This document shows positions 43,923-55,096 of a stretch of DNA of 64,000 nt, piece after piece. Where the stretch lies: assembly GCF_030384885.1 (NCBI RefSeq), contig NZ_CP128613.1; one strand, given 5' to 3'. This DNA is from Escherichia coli (GTDB lineage Bacteria; Pseudomonadota; Gammaproteobacteria; Enterobacterales; Enterobacteriaceae). Numbering within the stretch: the first letter of the stretch is position 1; every line of letters starts with the position of its first letter. The notes under the pieces are model-generated. The model had not been told where the DNA came from and made no database searches. It saw nothing but the letters and a program-made list of their open reading frames with translations. The position numbers were made by a program, and so were the translations under genes.

Positions 43923-44035
43923 TTTTGTCAATAGACGCTTGTTTTTACTAATCAAAAAGGGTTACATATGAGTGAGAGGCGATGTCAATCAGATATCGCC
44001 TTGTTTTTTGTCAAGAAAAGAATAATAGGCTAAAA

Positions 44036-44713
44036 ATGAAAATTAATAATGTAGCGTTACCAATATCTCTTGCTGTAATCCTAACTGGTTGCGTGCCACA
44101 TGCTTCTAACCGAAATATCACTGCTATTGAAGTGGTGAAGCCTGCTATTGGGCAAAGTGCTACCGCCTACATGGGCGATCCCATTATCACATCTGCTACT
44201 GGATTTAAAACGGACGTACTAGAACTTGGTGCGGCTAATGGTGCATTGTCTTCTATCGCTGCTGGTACATATTGCAGTGAGGGGAATGGAATTTACCGCA
44301 ATTATCATAACCCTCAAGCTGTTGCGTTAAAAAATCTCTATGGGCAAATCGGTAACTATGTTGATTATGTTAGTTACGATGCTGCAAAAAATGAGATATC
44401 ACCGCCAAATGGTACTTCTTATACTGCATCAGAAATTTCTATCAAACGTGTTCCTGATGGGCTGTGTCGAGTTAGTAACTCATTGGTTAAGACTATCGAA
44501 TACAATGGAAATGCAGGCGGTGTAATGAAGTTCACCTATCGTGAATTTGCAAACGATATGGCTCGTGCAGCATTTACAACAGATTTTTCTGTAGATTCTA
44601 AGGGAAGTGACGTTATCGCTTACAAAGGTGCCAAGTTCAAAGTGAACAAGGCTGATAACTCGTCTATTTCTTATACAATTATTTCTGGCTTTGACAAGGC
44701 TGTCACGTTCTAG
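44036..44713 (+). CDS. Predicted lipoprotein (225 aa), function unknown
   Basis: Signal peptide with lipobox (MKINNVALPISLAVILTGC); low-GC; located in cargo region after replication gene. Confidence 0.6.
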   Translation: MKINNVALPISLAVILTGCVPHASNRNITAIEVVKPAIGQSATAYMGDPIITSATGFKTDVLELGAANGALSSIAAGTYCSEGNGIYRNYHNPQAVALKNLYGQIGNYVDYVSYDAAKNEISPPNGTSYTASEISIKRVPDGLCRVSNSLVKTIEYNGNAGGVMKFTYREFANDMARAAFTTDFSVDSKGSDVIAYKGAKFKVNKADNSSISYTIISGFDKAVTF

Positions 44714-45038
44714 GTTTCACGCTTACTGAGTATGTTACGATTTTGCACATTCTGCATAAACGCGCATGTCTATGCTGCATGAGATCGCATGATCGTTTGA
44801 GGATCTTTTGTGTTAAGGCCCGCCAGTTCTGGCGGGCTTTTGCGTAGATCATGCAGGTGCATGAAAACCACTACATAAAGCGGGCAGGCGTGGCGGGGAT
44901 ACGAGCGCGCGTTATGACAAATAGATGATTAGCCTGATTTATTCACAGCTGTATAAATGATCACCTTGTAATTAGGTAAGTAATGTCTTCTATTATCATT
45001 GATTTGATAGGATTAATCTGTTTTTTGAGGATTAGAGG

Positions 45039-47375
45039 ATGATTGAAGAGGTAGTTATTGACAAAGTAGGCTCATATAATGGCCCTACTCAGCTTTTACA
45101 TGGGCTTTCTAAATTTAACTATTTATATGGAGCTAATGGTGCAGGTAAAACAACTATAAGTAAAATTATTAATGACCCTGAACAATATCCAACATGTCCG
45201 ATTAAATGGAAAAATAATATATCTTTAATAAGCTACGTATATAATAAAGATTTTGTTGAAAGAAATTTTAGTCAAGATAAAATTAAAGGTGTATTTACCC
45301 TTGGTAGCGATCTTAAGGAGGATGAAGAGAAATTAATATCTCTTGAAGAAGAAAAAAATAAGCTAATAGAATCTATTATAGCAAAGGAAAAGCTAATAGA
45401 TGGTGGTGATAATATATTAGGCGTTGTTAAACAAATCGAAGACCATGAAAAATCTTTTAAAGATTCATGTTGGAAGCAAAAAGTAAAACATGATAATGTG
45501 TTCTCAAAGGCTTTTGAGGGATTAAGGAATAGTAGTGAAAAATTTAAAGCTAGAGTGTTGGCTGAGTATGAAAATAACACATCAGAAGTTTGCTCAATAG
45601 CAGAGCTAATTGAGAAAGCAAAAATTGTTTTTTCTACTGAATTGACATCACATGTATCAATTACAATTCCATCCTTCAATGGGATAGATGATATTTTGAG
45701 TAGGGAGATTTGGAGTGAGCGTATTCTAGGGAAAAAAGACGTTAGTGTTTCAGACTTAATTACAATGCTCAATAACAGTGATTGGGTTAAGGAAGGTTTA
45801 ACATATTTCAGTAAATCTAATCCCAAGTGCCCATTCTGCCAGCAGGATGTAAATGATAATATATTTGATAATCTATCATCATATTTTGATAAAACATATG
45901 AGTTAAAAAAAAGAGAAATCGATGCATTGGTTTTACAATATGAACATCAACTTAATAATATCTTGCAGGCGATAGATGATATAAGGGCGATTAAATCTCC
46001 ATTCATAAATTATGAAGTGTTTGAGGATAAGGCTAAGATAGTATTATCTGAATTAAACAAGAATTTTGAATTGGCAAAAAATAAACGCAATTTTTTAAGT
46101 GAATCAGTTCATTTTAGTGACTTAAGTGAAGTTGTTGATGATTTTATTTCTTTTTTGAATGATTCAAATCTATTGATAGATAATAATAACAAAATACACA
46201 GTAATAGAAAGGTAGAGGCTAGTAATCTTTCTAATCAGATATGGGCATATATCGTAAAGGTGGAGTTAAAGTCTGAAATAACTTCTTACCGTAGCGAATC
46301 TGATAAATTTAATAGGAAGTTACAAGGGCTTAAATCTGGGTTAGAGGAAGACAAAAAGAAGTTAATGTTAAATGCTTCGGCTATTGAGGCAATTGAGTCT
46401 AATAAAACCAGTACTCTTCCAACTATTACAAAAATTAACAAGATTCTGGATTCTTATGGCTTCAAAAATTTTTACTTAAAACCCTCCGAAGATAAAAAGC
46501 ATTATATGATAGTGAGAGATAGTGGAGATAATGCTCGTACAACCCTTAGCGAGGGAGAAAAGACATTTATCACTTTTTTGTATTTTTATAGCCTTGTTAG
46601 AGGGAGTGATAATGCATCAGGTGTTTTAGATGATCGTGTTGTAGTATTTGATGATCCAATTTCAAGTTTAGATAGTGATATTCTGTTTATTGTAAGTTCG
46701 TTGATTAAAGATTTAATGGAGGATGTTCGTAAGGATGAAGGAAATATTAAGCAAATTATATTCCTTACACATAATATTTATTTTCATAAAGAGTTGACTT
46801 TTAATACTAAAAGATCCGGTAATCAAGCAATGAAAGAGGAGACTTTTTGGATTGTAAGGAAAAAAGGGAAGGTCTCATATCTTGAAAAGTGCGAATCAAA
46901 CCCAATAAAAACGTCTTATGATTTGCTCTGGTGCGAATTGAGAAGAACAGATATTAATAATAATACTATACAAAATACAATGCGAAGGATTTTGGAGAAT
47001 TACTTTAAGATATTAGGTGGGATGGATATTAGGAAGCTTGAATGTCATTTTTATGGTGATGAAAAAATCATATTTAAATCTTTAGTGTCATGGATTAATG
47101 ATGGTTCTCATTTTGCAGGTGATGATCTTTATATGAATTTAGATACGGAGTCTGTGCAAAAATATTTAATTGTTTTTCAGAAGATATTTGAGTGTAGTGA
47201 GCATACTGCCCATTACAAAATGATGATGGGTGAGTTTTATAGACCGTTAAATGAGTCACTTCATCTACAAGATGAGTTTGATATTGATGATAGTGCGAAT
47301 GATGAGTATGCTTCGTCAAAAATTGAGATAGAAGATGGAATAAACACATCTCTACATAGTAATACATATTTGTAA
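45039..47375 (+). CDS. PrrC/RloC-like ABC-type ATPase (AAA_13-like) with CxxC motif and C-terminal putative HEPN-like domain
   Basis: 778 aa; Walker A GANGAGKTT, Walker B VVVFDDPISSLD, H-loop-like FLTHN, long K/E-rich coiled-coil insert containing CPFC; C-terminal domain with RKLECH (R-x4-H) and RRILE (R-x3-E) motifs; very low GC. Confidence 0.65.
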   Translation: MIEEVVIDKVGSYNGPTQLLHGLSKFNYLYGANGAGKTTISKIINDPEQYPTCPIKWKNNISLISYVYNKDFVERNFSQDKIKGVFTLGSDLKEDEEKLISLEEEKNKLIESIIAKEKLIDGGDNILGVVKQIEDHEKSFKDSCWKQKVKHDNVFSKAFEGLRNSSEKFKARVLAEYENNTSEVCSIAELIEKAKIVFSTELTSHVSITIPSFNGIDDILSREIWSERILGKKDVSVSDLITMLNNSDWVKEGLTYFSKSNPKCPFCQQDVNDNIFDNLSSYFDKTYELKKREIDALVLQYEHQLNNILQAIDDIRAIKSPFINYEVFEDKAKIVLSELNKNFELAKNKRNFLSESVHFSDLSEVVDDFISFLNDSNLLIDNNNKIHSNRKVEASNLSNQIWAYIVKVELKSEITSYRSESDKFNRKLQGLKSGLEEDKKKLMLNASAIEAIESNKTSTLPTITKINKILDSYGFKNFYLKPSEDKKHYMIVRDSGDNARTTLSEGEKTFITFLYFYSLVRGSDNASGVLDDRVVVFDDPISSLDSDILFIVSSLIKDLMEDVRKDEGNIKQIIFLTHNIYFHKELTFNTKRSGNQAMKEETFWIVRKKGKVSYLEKCESNPIKTSYDLLWCELRRTDINNNTIQNTMRRILENYFKILGGMDIRKLECHFYGDEKIIFKSLVSWINDGSHFAGDDLYMNLDTESVQKYLIVFQKIFECSEHTAHYKMMMGEFYRPLNESLHLQDEFDIDDSANDEYASSKIEIEDGINTSLHSNTYL

Positions 47376-47424
47376 TTTTATTGCAATTGCCAGTAGCAAC
47401 AATACGGTACTGGCAACTAATATT

Positions 47425-47965
47425 TTAGTTAAGCTCATATGGAGAAAATTCTATAAGTTTCTCCCCGAGCCATGCGTTTATTTCCATAAATCGTTTTTGC
47501 AAAGGAATTAATTCATTTATCACAAAAACCTTACTAGCCTTCTCCACATCCCCAAACCCCCCAACATTATTAGGCATTATCCCCATCATTTGCGGCGGCA
47601 CACGGTGTGCCGCCATCATGTCGTCCCGGCTCACGTTCTTGATATTCAGAAACTCATCCTTCGCCGCGACTTCTGACAACGGGATAATCTGAAGCCCGTC
47701 CTTTTTGCCGTTAGGAGAGTACATAAACAGGTTGCGGAAGTTGCCTGGCCCTTTGGCACTTTTCATTGCGTTGCGGAGGTTGTTCACATCTTCTTGGTTC
47801 TGTGCGGCATCGGTCATGTACATGATGAAACCTGCATGGCTGCCGTTGATGTAATACTTACGGCGGAACAGTGTGGCGGACTCGTTGAGCAGGGCTGACG
47901 GGATGGCAGAGAGATAACCTGGCAGGCCGTAGATCTCCTGGTTGATGTCCGGTTCCGCCCTTAAT
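47425..47965 (-). pseudogene. Phage portal protein (P2 gpQ-like), 3' fragment only
   Basis: C-terminal portal-like sequence (...FRNLFMYSPNGKKDGLQIIPLSEVAAKDEFL...); reading frame extends upstream without start until sequence character changes near 47965. Confidence 0.6.
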
Positions 47966-48153
47966 CATCTCAACCATGCGTTACAGCTCGATCCCCGCTG
48001 TGGCGTGAAAAAAGACAAACAGCAGCTGGAGCGCAGACTGCGCAATGACAGCCGCTGACAGAACGTGCCCCCGCGCACGGGCGGCACGGGGTGGCGAAAG
48101 GCACAGCCACATCAAAACCCCGTCCACCGCCCTTTATTTCAGGAGAAAGCAGC

Positions 48154-48354
48154 ATGAAGTTTGTTGCGCCAGAACAGGCACCGGAACAGGCGGAAATCAT
48201 CAGAAACACGCCGTTCTGGCCTGATGTGGACCTGTCGGAGTTTCGCAGTGTCATGCGCACTGACGGCACGGTGACGCAGCCGCGTTTAAAGCAGGTTGCG
48301 CTGTCGGCAATTTCGGAGGTCAACGCACCGATACGACCATTTGCATTGATGTAA
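48154..48354 (+). CDS. Hypothetical small protein in prophage remnant (66 aa)
   Basis: ORF MKFVAPEQAPEQAEIIRNTPFWPDVDLSEFRSV... preceded by AGGAG RBS; identity not recognised. Confidence 0.4.
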   Translation: MKFVAPEQAPEQAEIIRNTPFWPDVDLSEFRSVMRTDGTVTQPRLKQVALSAISEVNAPIRPFALM

Positions 48355-48497
48355 ACAAAGTGAAGTTCTTCCATGTGAAACCTCTTTGCATGATTTCAAG
48401 ATGGCGACAGGCAAGATGGACGCAAAAGTCTGTCGCCATTTTGCCGCCACTACCAAAGAAAAAGGGGCTACGCTTTCACGTAACCCCTTGATTTATT

Positions 48498-48542
48498 TGG
48501 TGGAGCTGGCGGGAGTTGAACCCGCGTCCGAAATTCCTACAT
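48498..48542. repeat. attR: ssrA 3'-terminal att core
   Basis: TGGTGGAGCTGGCGGGAGTTGAACCCGCGTCCGAAATTCCTACAT, repeated at 34140-34183. Confidence 0.85.
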
Positions 48543-48860
48543 CCTCGGTACTACATGCTTAGTCAGTCTTTACATTCGCTTGCCAGCTGCGGACGGACAC
48601 GCCACTAACAAACTAGCCTGATTAAGTTTTAACGCTTCAACCCCAGGCAGGGCTTCCACGCGATCTCTTTTGGGTTTGACCTCTCTTGATCCCCGTCCTA
48701 AGAGCGGAGGCTAGGGAGAGAGGGCTCTAAGCAGGTTATTAAGCTGCTAAAGCGTAGTTTTCGTCGTTTGCGACTATTTTTTGCGGCTTTTTACGAGGCC
48801 AACCGCCCCTCGGCATGCACCTTGGGTTTCGCAAATCCCGTCGAATCCAGAATCAGCCCC
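48498..48860 (-). ncRNA. ssrA: tmRNA (SsrA)
   Basis: Reverse complement matches E. coli tmRNA from 5' GGGGCTGATTCTGGATTCGACGGG to 3' ...GGGTTCAACTCCCGCCAGCTCCACCA, including the tag-coding region. Confidence 0.95.
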
Positions 48861-49074
48861 AATGTGTAACGGTAAGTATACCAGATTCATGAGTGCCATG
48901 ACCAGCCTCAATGGCGTTATCGTTAAAGATTTAGCACCCGTGTAGCCTGATATTTATTCGATTAAGCAATGGGATGGCAACATTTGGGTCGGATGTGATA
49001 GCCAATAAGATGTTCATTCGCGCCGCCGGAGAGGGTGGCGCGGTGAGGAACTGGTCAATAATTGGAGTGCAGAT

Positions 49075-49557
49075 TTAACGGTGGGCGTTTTTCATGATAC
49101 GCGCTTTATCCACCTGCCATTCGCGTTCTTTGATGTCTGAACGTTTATCGTGCTGTTTCTTACCTTTAGCGACGCCGATTTTCACTTTGCACCAGGCATT
49201 TTTCCAGTACAGGGAGAGCGCCACTACGGTATAGCCTTCTCGATTGACGCGACCGTACAATGAGTCCAGTTCGCGCTGGTTGAGAAGTAACTTGCGGGTA
49301 CGGGTAGGATCGCACACCACATGCGTGGATGCCACAGCCATTGGCGTGATGTTAGCGCCAAACAGAAATGCTTCTCCATCACGTAGAAGGACGTAGCTGT
49401 CGCTGATATTGGCTTTTCCTGCGCGCAGGGATTTAACCTCCCAGCCTTGCAGGGCAAGTCCCGCTTCGAACTCTTCTTCGATAAAGTATTCGTGACGGGC
49501 GCGCTTGTTAAGCGCGATGGTCGCTGAACCAGGTTTATGTGCTTTTTTCTTCGTCAT
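49075..49557 (-). CDS. smpB: SsrA-binding protein SmpB
   Basis: 160 aa [33 protein letters not shown]...; upstream of ssrA on the same strand. Confidence 0.95.
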
Positions 49558-49688
49558 AAGCGTCGTGAATCATCGGTAATCTGAAATCGAAAACACCCCA
49601 TATCAATCCTGCGGGGGACAAGGCTCTATCTTAGCATGAACCCGATGTTACCCAGCGCCGGGATAGCGTTTTTTTTACAGCAGGATAA

Positions 49689-50165
49689 ATGATATTATTT
49701 GTTGGATTTTTGTTGATGGAAATTGTTATGCCTCAGATTAGCCGGACCGCACTGGTACCCTACAGCGCGGAGCAAATGTATCAGTTAGTGAATGACGTTC
49801 AGTCTTATCCTCAGTTTTTGCCGGGTTGTACCGGAAGTCGGATTCTGGAGTCCACTCCTGGGCAGATGACCGCGGCGGTAGATGTCTCTAAGGCTGGGAT
49901 CAGCAAAACGTTTACTACCCGCAACCAGTTGACCAGTAACCAAAGTATTCTTATGAATCTGGTGGATGGGCCGTTCAAGAAATTGATCGGTGGATGGAAG
50001 TTTACGCCGCTGAGCCAGGAGGCGTGTCGTATCGAGTTTCATCTCGACTTTGAGTTTACCAATAAGTTGATTGAACTCGCCTTTGGCCGCGTGTTTAAAG
50101 AGCTGGCGGCTAATATGGTCCAGGCTTTTACGGTTCGTGCGAAAGAGGTTTACAGTGCCAGGTAA
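49689..50165 (+). CDS. ratA: Ribosome association toxin RatA (SRPBCC fold)
   Basis: 158-aa ORF at conserved position divergent from smpB. Confidence 0.85.
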   Translation: MILFVGFLLMEIVMPQISRTALVPYSAEQMYQLVNDVQSYPQFLPGCTGSRILESTPGQMTAAVDVSKAGISKTFTTRNQLTSNQSILMNLVDGPFKKLIGGWKFTPLSQEACRIEFHLDFEFTNKLIELAFGRVFKELAANMVQAFTVRAKEVYSAR

Positions 50166-50445
50166 AATTGCCGTTGAGGTGGCTTATGCTCTACCTGAGA
50201 AGCAGTACCTGCAGCGCGTGACGCTGCAGGAGGGCGCGACGGTTGAAGAAGCTATTCGCACCAGTGGCTTGCTGGAATTGCGTACCGATATCGATTTAAC
50301 TAAAAACAAAGTCGGCATTTACAGCCGTCCGGCAAAACTGAGCGATACCGTGCATGATGGCGATCGGGTGGAGATTTATCGTCCTCTCATTGCCGATCCG
50401 AAAGAGCTTCGCAGGCAACGAGCAGAAAAATCAGCGAATAAATAA
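50155..50445 (+). CDS. ratB: RatB (UPF0125 protein)
   Basis: GTG-initiated [30 protein letters not shown]... overlapping ratA stop. Confidence 0.75.
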   Translation: MPGKIAVEVAYALPEKQYLQRVTLQEGATVEEAIRTSGLLELRTDIDLTKNKVGIYSRPAKLSDTVHDGDRVEIYRPLIADPKELRRQRAEKSANK

Positions 50446-50452
50446 CAGACAG

Positions 50453-50482
50453 AAAAAAGGTGCTCATTGAGCACCTTTTTTA
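50453..50482. terminator. Bidirectional rho-independent terminator (ratB / bamE)
   Basis: Hairpin GGTGCTC-ATT-GAGCACC flanked by A6 and T6 tracts. Confidence 0.7.
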
Positions 50483-50506
50483 ACGTCTTTGAGAGCAACT
50501 TTATTA

Positions 50507-50848
50507 TTAGTTACCACTCAGCGCAGGTTTGTTATCAATGTTGGTCAACACCCCGCTACTGTTAAAGGTCAGCGTCAGCGTTTGCTGCGTTACACCTTCA
50601 TGACCTGGTTGCTGGCGGAAGACATAGAACCAGGTATTCGTACCAAATGGATCGGACATCAGCGGTGTACCCAATGCGTACGCAACTTGTTGTTGCGTCA
50701 TGCCAACACGTATTTTGGATACGTCGTTAGCGGTCAGATAGTTCCCCTGGTTGATGTCAGGACGGTAAACCACTCGCTCCAGAGTGGAACAGCCTGCGGT
50801 CAACATCAATAGTACTGCTGCTGCAGCAGTCAGCGTTTTACAGCGCAT
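50507..50848 (-). CDS. bamE: Outer membrane assembly lipoprotein BamE
   Basis: 113 aa with lipobox LTAGC. Confidence 0.92.
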
Positions 50849-50996
50849 AGTGATTTGATTCCTTTTCGGGCCCGAGCAGTACGTGGCTCATCTGTAATAT
50901 GCCGATGATAATAGACCTTTCATCACTTTAAAACCTTTTGCTTTCCGGTCTTACGGCGTTTTGCTGTTTACTCTGACCGTGAAGCAGGAAAAAAGT

Positions 50997-52658
50997 TTAC
51001 GCCGCAAGCAGTTCTTTCGCATTCGCCAGTGTGTTACGTGTGACTTCACTGCCACCAAGCAGGCGCGCCAGCTCTTGTAACCGCGCTTTTTTGTCCAGCG
51101 ACTCCATATGCGTTTCTGTCATCGCACCATCGGTTTCTTTGCTGACAAAATAGTGTTGATGACCACATCCCGCGACTTGTGGCAGGTGGGTAACACACAT
51201 CACCTGAGTTGATTCGCCGAGTTGACGCAGCAGTTTGCCGACAACTGCCGCTGTTGGACCGCTAATCCCTACATCCACTTCATCAAAAATCAGTGCCGGG
51301 GTTTCCATTTTACGCGCTGTGATGACCTGAATTGCCAATGCGATGCGGGACAATTCACCACCAGATGCGACTTTGGCAATAGGCTGCATTGGCTGACCTG
51401 GGTTGGTGGTTACCCGAAACTCAATACGATCAGCGCCGTCAGCGCCCAGGTGATGCTCGTCAAATTTAACATCAATCGTAAACTGCCCATGCGGCATAGA
51501 GAGTGCATGCATACTGTCGGTGATCAGCTGTGCCAACTCATTTGCATAATGCTGGCGTTGCTGGTGTAACGCGCGCGCCGTTTCCAGTGCCTGCTGATGA
51601 TGTTTCGTTACCGCCAGCGCGAGCGTTTCTTGTGAGTCGGCCTGATCGTCCAGTTGCTGCTGTTCTTCCAGTAGCGACTGGTAATACTGTGGCAATACCT
51701 CAGGGCTGACGTGATGTTTACGTGCCAGCGAAATCTGTTTTGAGATGCGCTGTTCAAGTTCAAACAGTCGGTTGGGATCAAGATCCAGACGATCGCAGTA
51801 GTGGCGCAGTTCGTCGCTGGCTTCAGCAATCTGGATGGTAGCCTCTTCCAGCATATCAAGTACGCCGGACAGTTTGCTGTCCATGCCAATCAATTCGCTC
51901 ACCAGTTGTTTAGCCGTGTAAAGCTGGCTTTGCAGGTTTGCGTCTTCGCCGTCGGCCATTAATGCCAATGCATTCTGGCTGGTGGTCAGCAATTGACCGC
52001 TGTTCGCCAGACGTTTGTACTCTTCGTCGATTTGCTCAAACTCTCCGGGCTGCGGATTAAATTCGTTCAGTTCTTTTAATTGGTATTGCAGCAGCTCCGC
52101 ACGAGCGGCGCGTTCCTGACTTAACTGTTGATGATGCGCGAGGTCGCGGCAGCTTTGATGCCACAACTGATAACGTGCGGTCATTTCCTGAAGCAGAGAG
52201 GTTTCATTGGCATAGCCATCAAGCAGGAATTTTTGGTGCTCGGGTTTGGTGAGTAATTGATGGGCGTGCTGACCATGGATCTGAATGAGCAACTGGCCCA
52301 GTTCGCGCAGTTGTGACAGTGGAACAGCTGTACCGTTGATAAAACCACGAGAGCGACCATCGCTACTGATTACGCGACGAAGCAGGCATTCACGGCCATC
52401 TTCCAGTTGGTTTTCTTCCAGCCAGCGCAGTGCTGCGGGTGTATCTTTCAGAGAAAAACGGGCGCACAGATCTGCGCGAGCAGCGCCGGTACGCACCATG
52501 TCGGCTTCAGCGCGACCGCCGAGACAAAGGCCCAGGGCATCTATTGCAATAGATTTACCCGCGCCGGTCTCGCCGGTGATTACGGTCATGCCGCTGTGAA
52601 AATCAATCTCAAGCTCACGAACGATAGCAAAGTTGCTGATGGTCAGTTGTGCCAACAT
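50997..52658 (-). CDS. recN: DNA repair protein RecN
   Basis: 553-aa SMC-like ATPase (Walker A GETGAGKS), coiled-coil middle. Confidence 0.95.
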   Translation of the reverse strand: MLAQLTISNFAIVRELEIDFHSGMTVITGETGAGKSIAIDALGLCLGGRAEADMVRTGAARADLCARFSLKDTPAALRWLEENQLEDGRECLLRRVISSDGRSRGFINGTAVPLSQLRELGQLLIQIHGQHAHQLLTKPEHQKFLLDGYANETSLLQEMTARYQLWHQSCRDLAHHQQLSQERAARAELLQYQLKELNEFNPQPGEFEQIDEEYKRLANSGQLLTTSQNALALMADGEDANLQSQLYTAKQLVSELIGMDSKLSGVLDMLEEATIQIAEASDELRHYCDRLDLDPNRLFELEQRISKQISLARKHHVSPEVLPQYYQSLLEEQQQLDDQADSQETLALAVTKHHQQALETARALHQQRQHYANELAQLITDSMHALSMPHGQFTIDVKFDEHHLGADGADRIEFRVTTNPGQPMQPIAKVASGGELSRIALAIQVITARKMETPALIFDEVDVGISGPTAAVVGKLLRQLGESTQVMCVTHLPQVAGCGHQHYFVSKETDGAMTETHMESLDKKARLQELARLLGGSEVTRNTLANAKELLAA

Positions 52659-52743
52659 AGTTGTTTTCCTGTATGAAAAACCATTACTGTTATTGTGTAC
52701 AGTATAAACTGGTTTTATATACAGTAAAGAGGCTGGCGTAAAA

Positions 52744-54336
<1,593 letters not shown>

Positions 54337-54342
54337 ATGTCT

Positions 54343-54372
54343 GATGGCCGACGTGAAGTCGGCCATTTTTTT
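54343..54372. terminator. Rho-independent terminator after grpE (bidirectional)
   Basis: Hairpin GGCCGAC-GTGAA-GTCGGCC followed by ATTTTTTT. Confidence 0.75.
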
Positions 54373-54976
54373 AGCTTAAAAAATCCTGTACTTCCAGCCA
54401 CGGCGTGTTGAAATCATCTATTTTTTTATAGTCGTTCATTGGCAGAACGACCACGTTATAGGTGTCAGAACCTTCATTCAGATCAAAAATCTGAAAGCCT
54501 CTCTTATTGAGTTCGGTCTGGATGCGTTCAAAGATCTCGTCAAGGTAGCGGTCTCCGGCTTCACAGACATCGGAGATTTCATCCTCTTGGGTTATTTCGA
54601 CAAGAAGATTCCTTAATTCCTCAGAAGCTGTCAGGTTTTTTGTGAGTTCATAAAAGCGATCTGCAGCAAAATTAGCCAGCTCACCTTCTTCATCTTCACC
54701 TTTCCAGTCAACGAGTTGAATTAATCCTTCACTGCGTAGAACCTGTAAAAATGCCTGCGCCAGGTCATGATTTCCGAGATCGCCTCCACTGCAATCGAGA
54801 ACGTCTTGCAATCCATATTCGTCTTCATCTTCGTCTTCAAAGATTTCAGGTTGCGTCGAAAGTTGAGAGAAAATAGTGGGCCATAAGGTTGGGGTGTGCT
54901 GTAAAAAAACGCTGGCGACGACGTTGAGGTCGTCGGAAAAATCCTTATCCCATTCAATTACATAATCTTCTGACAT
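54371..54976 (-). CDS. Hypothetical highly acidic protein (about 201 aa; alternative start at 55012)
   Basis: ORF with acidic runs ([17 protein letters not shown]); preferred start [12 protein letters not shown] has AAGGA 11 nt upstream; separated from corB by its own terminator; GC visibly below neighbours. Confidence 0.55.
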
Positions 54977-55061
54977 AACATCAATATCCTTTCCGAATGC
55001 TTGAAAAGACATTATTACATTGCTAAGTAAATGACAGGAATTGATGGAATCCTAAAAGATG

Positions 55062-55090
55062 GCGATAAAAAAGGCGAACCGGAGTTCGCC
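55062..55090 (-). terminator. Rho-independent terminator after corB (yfjD)
   Basis: Minus-strand hairpin GGCGAACTCCGGTTCGCC followed by TTTTTTT. Confidence 0.65.
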
Positions 55091-55096
55091 ATTGTG

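Larger units (their letters stand above)
34140..48542. mobile_element. Defective 186/P2-like prophage integrated at ssrA (late genes deleted)
   Basis: Bounded by direct repeats of the tmRNA 3' end; contains P2/186-type integrase, cI-like repressor, apl/cox-like, cII-like, Dam, replication protein A, DinI-like and a 3' portal fragment; no capsid/tail/lysis genes. Confidence 0.8.

Noticed and set aside
47970-48374. 134-aa minus-strand ORF
   Set aside because: Cys/Gly/Arg-rich low-complexity translation of GC-rich DNA; overlaps a plus-strand ORF that has a proper RBS; likely spurious.
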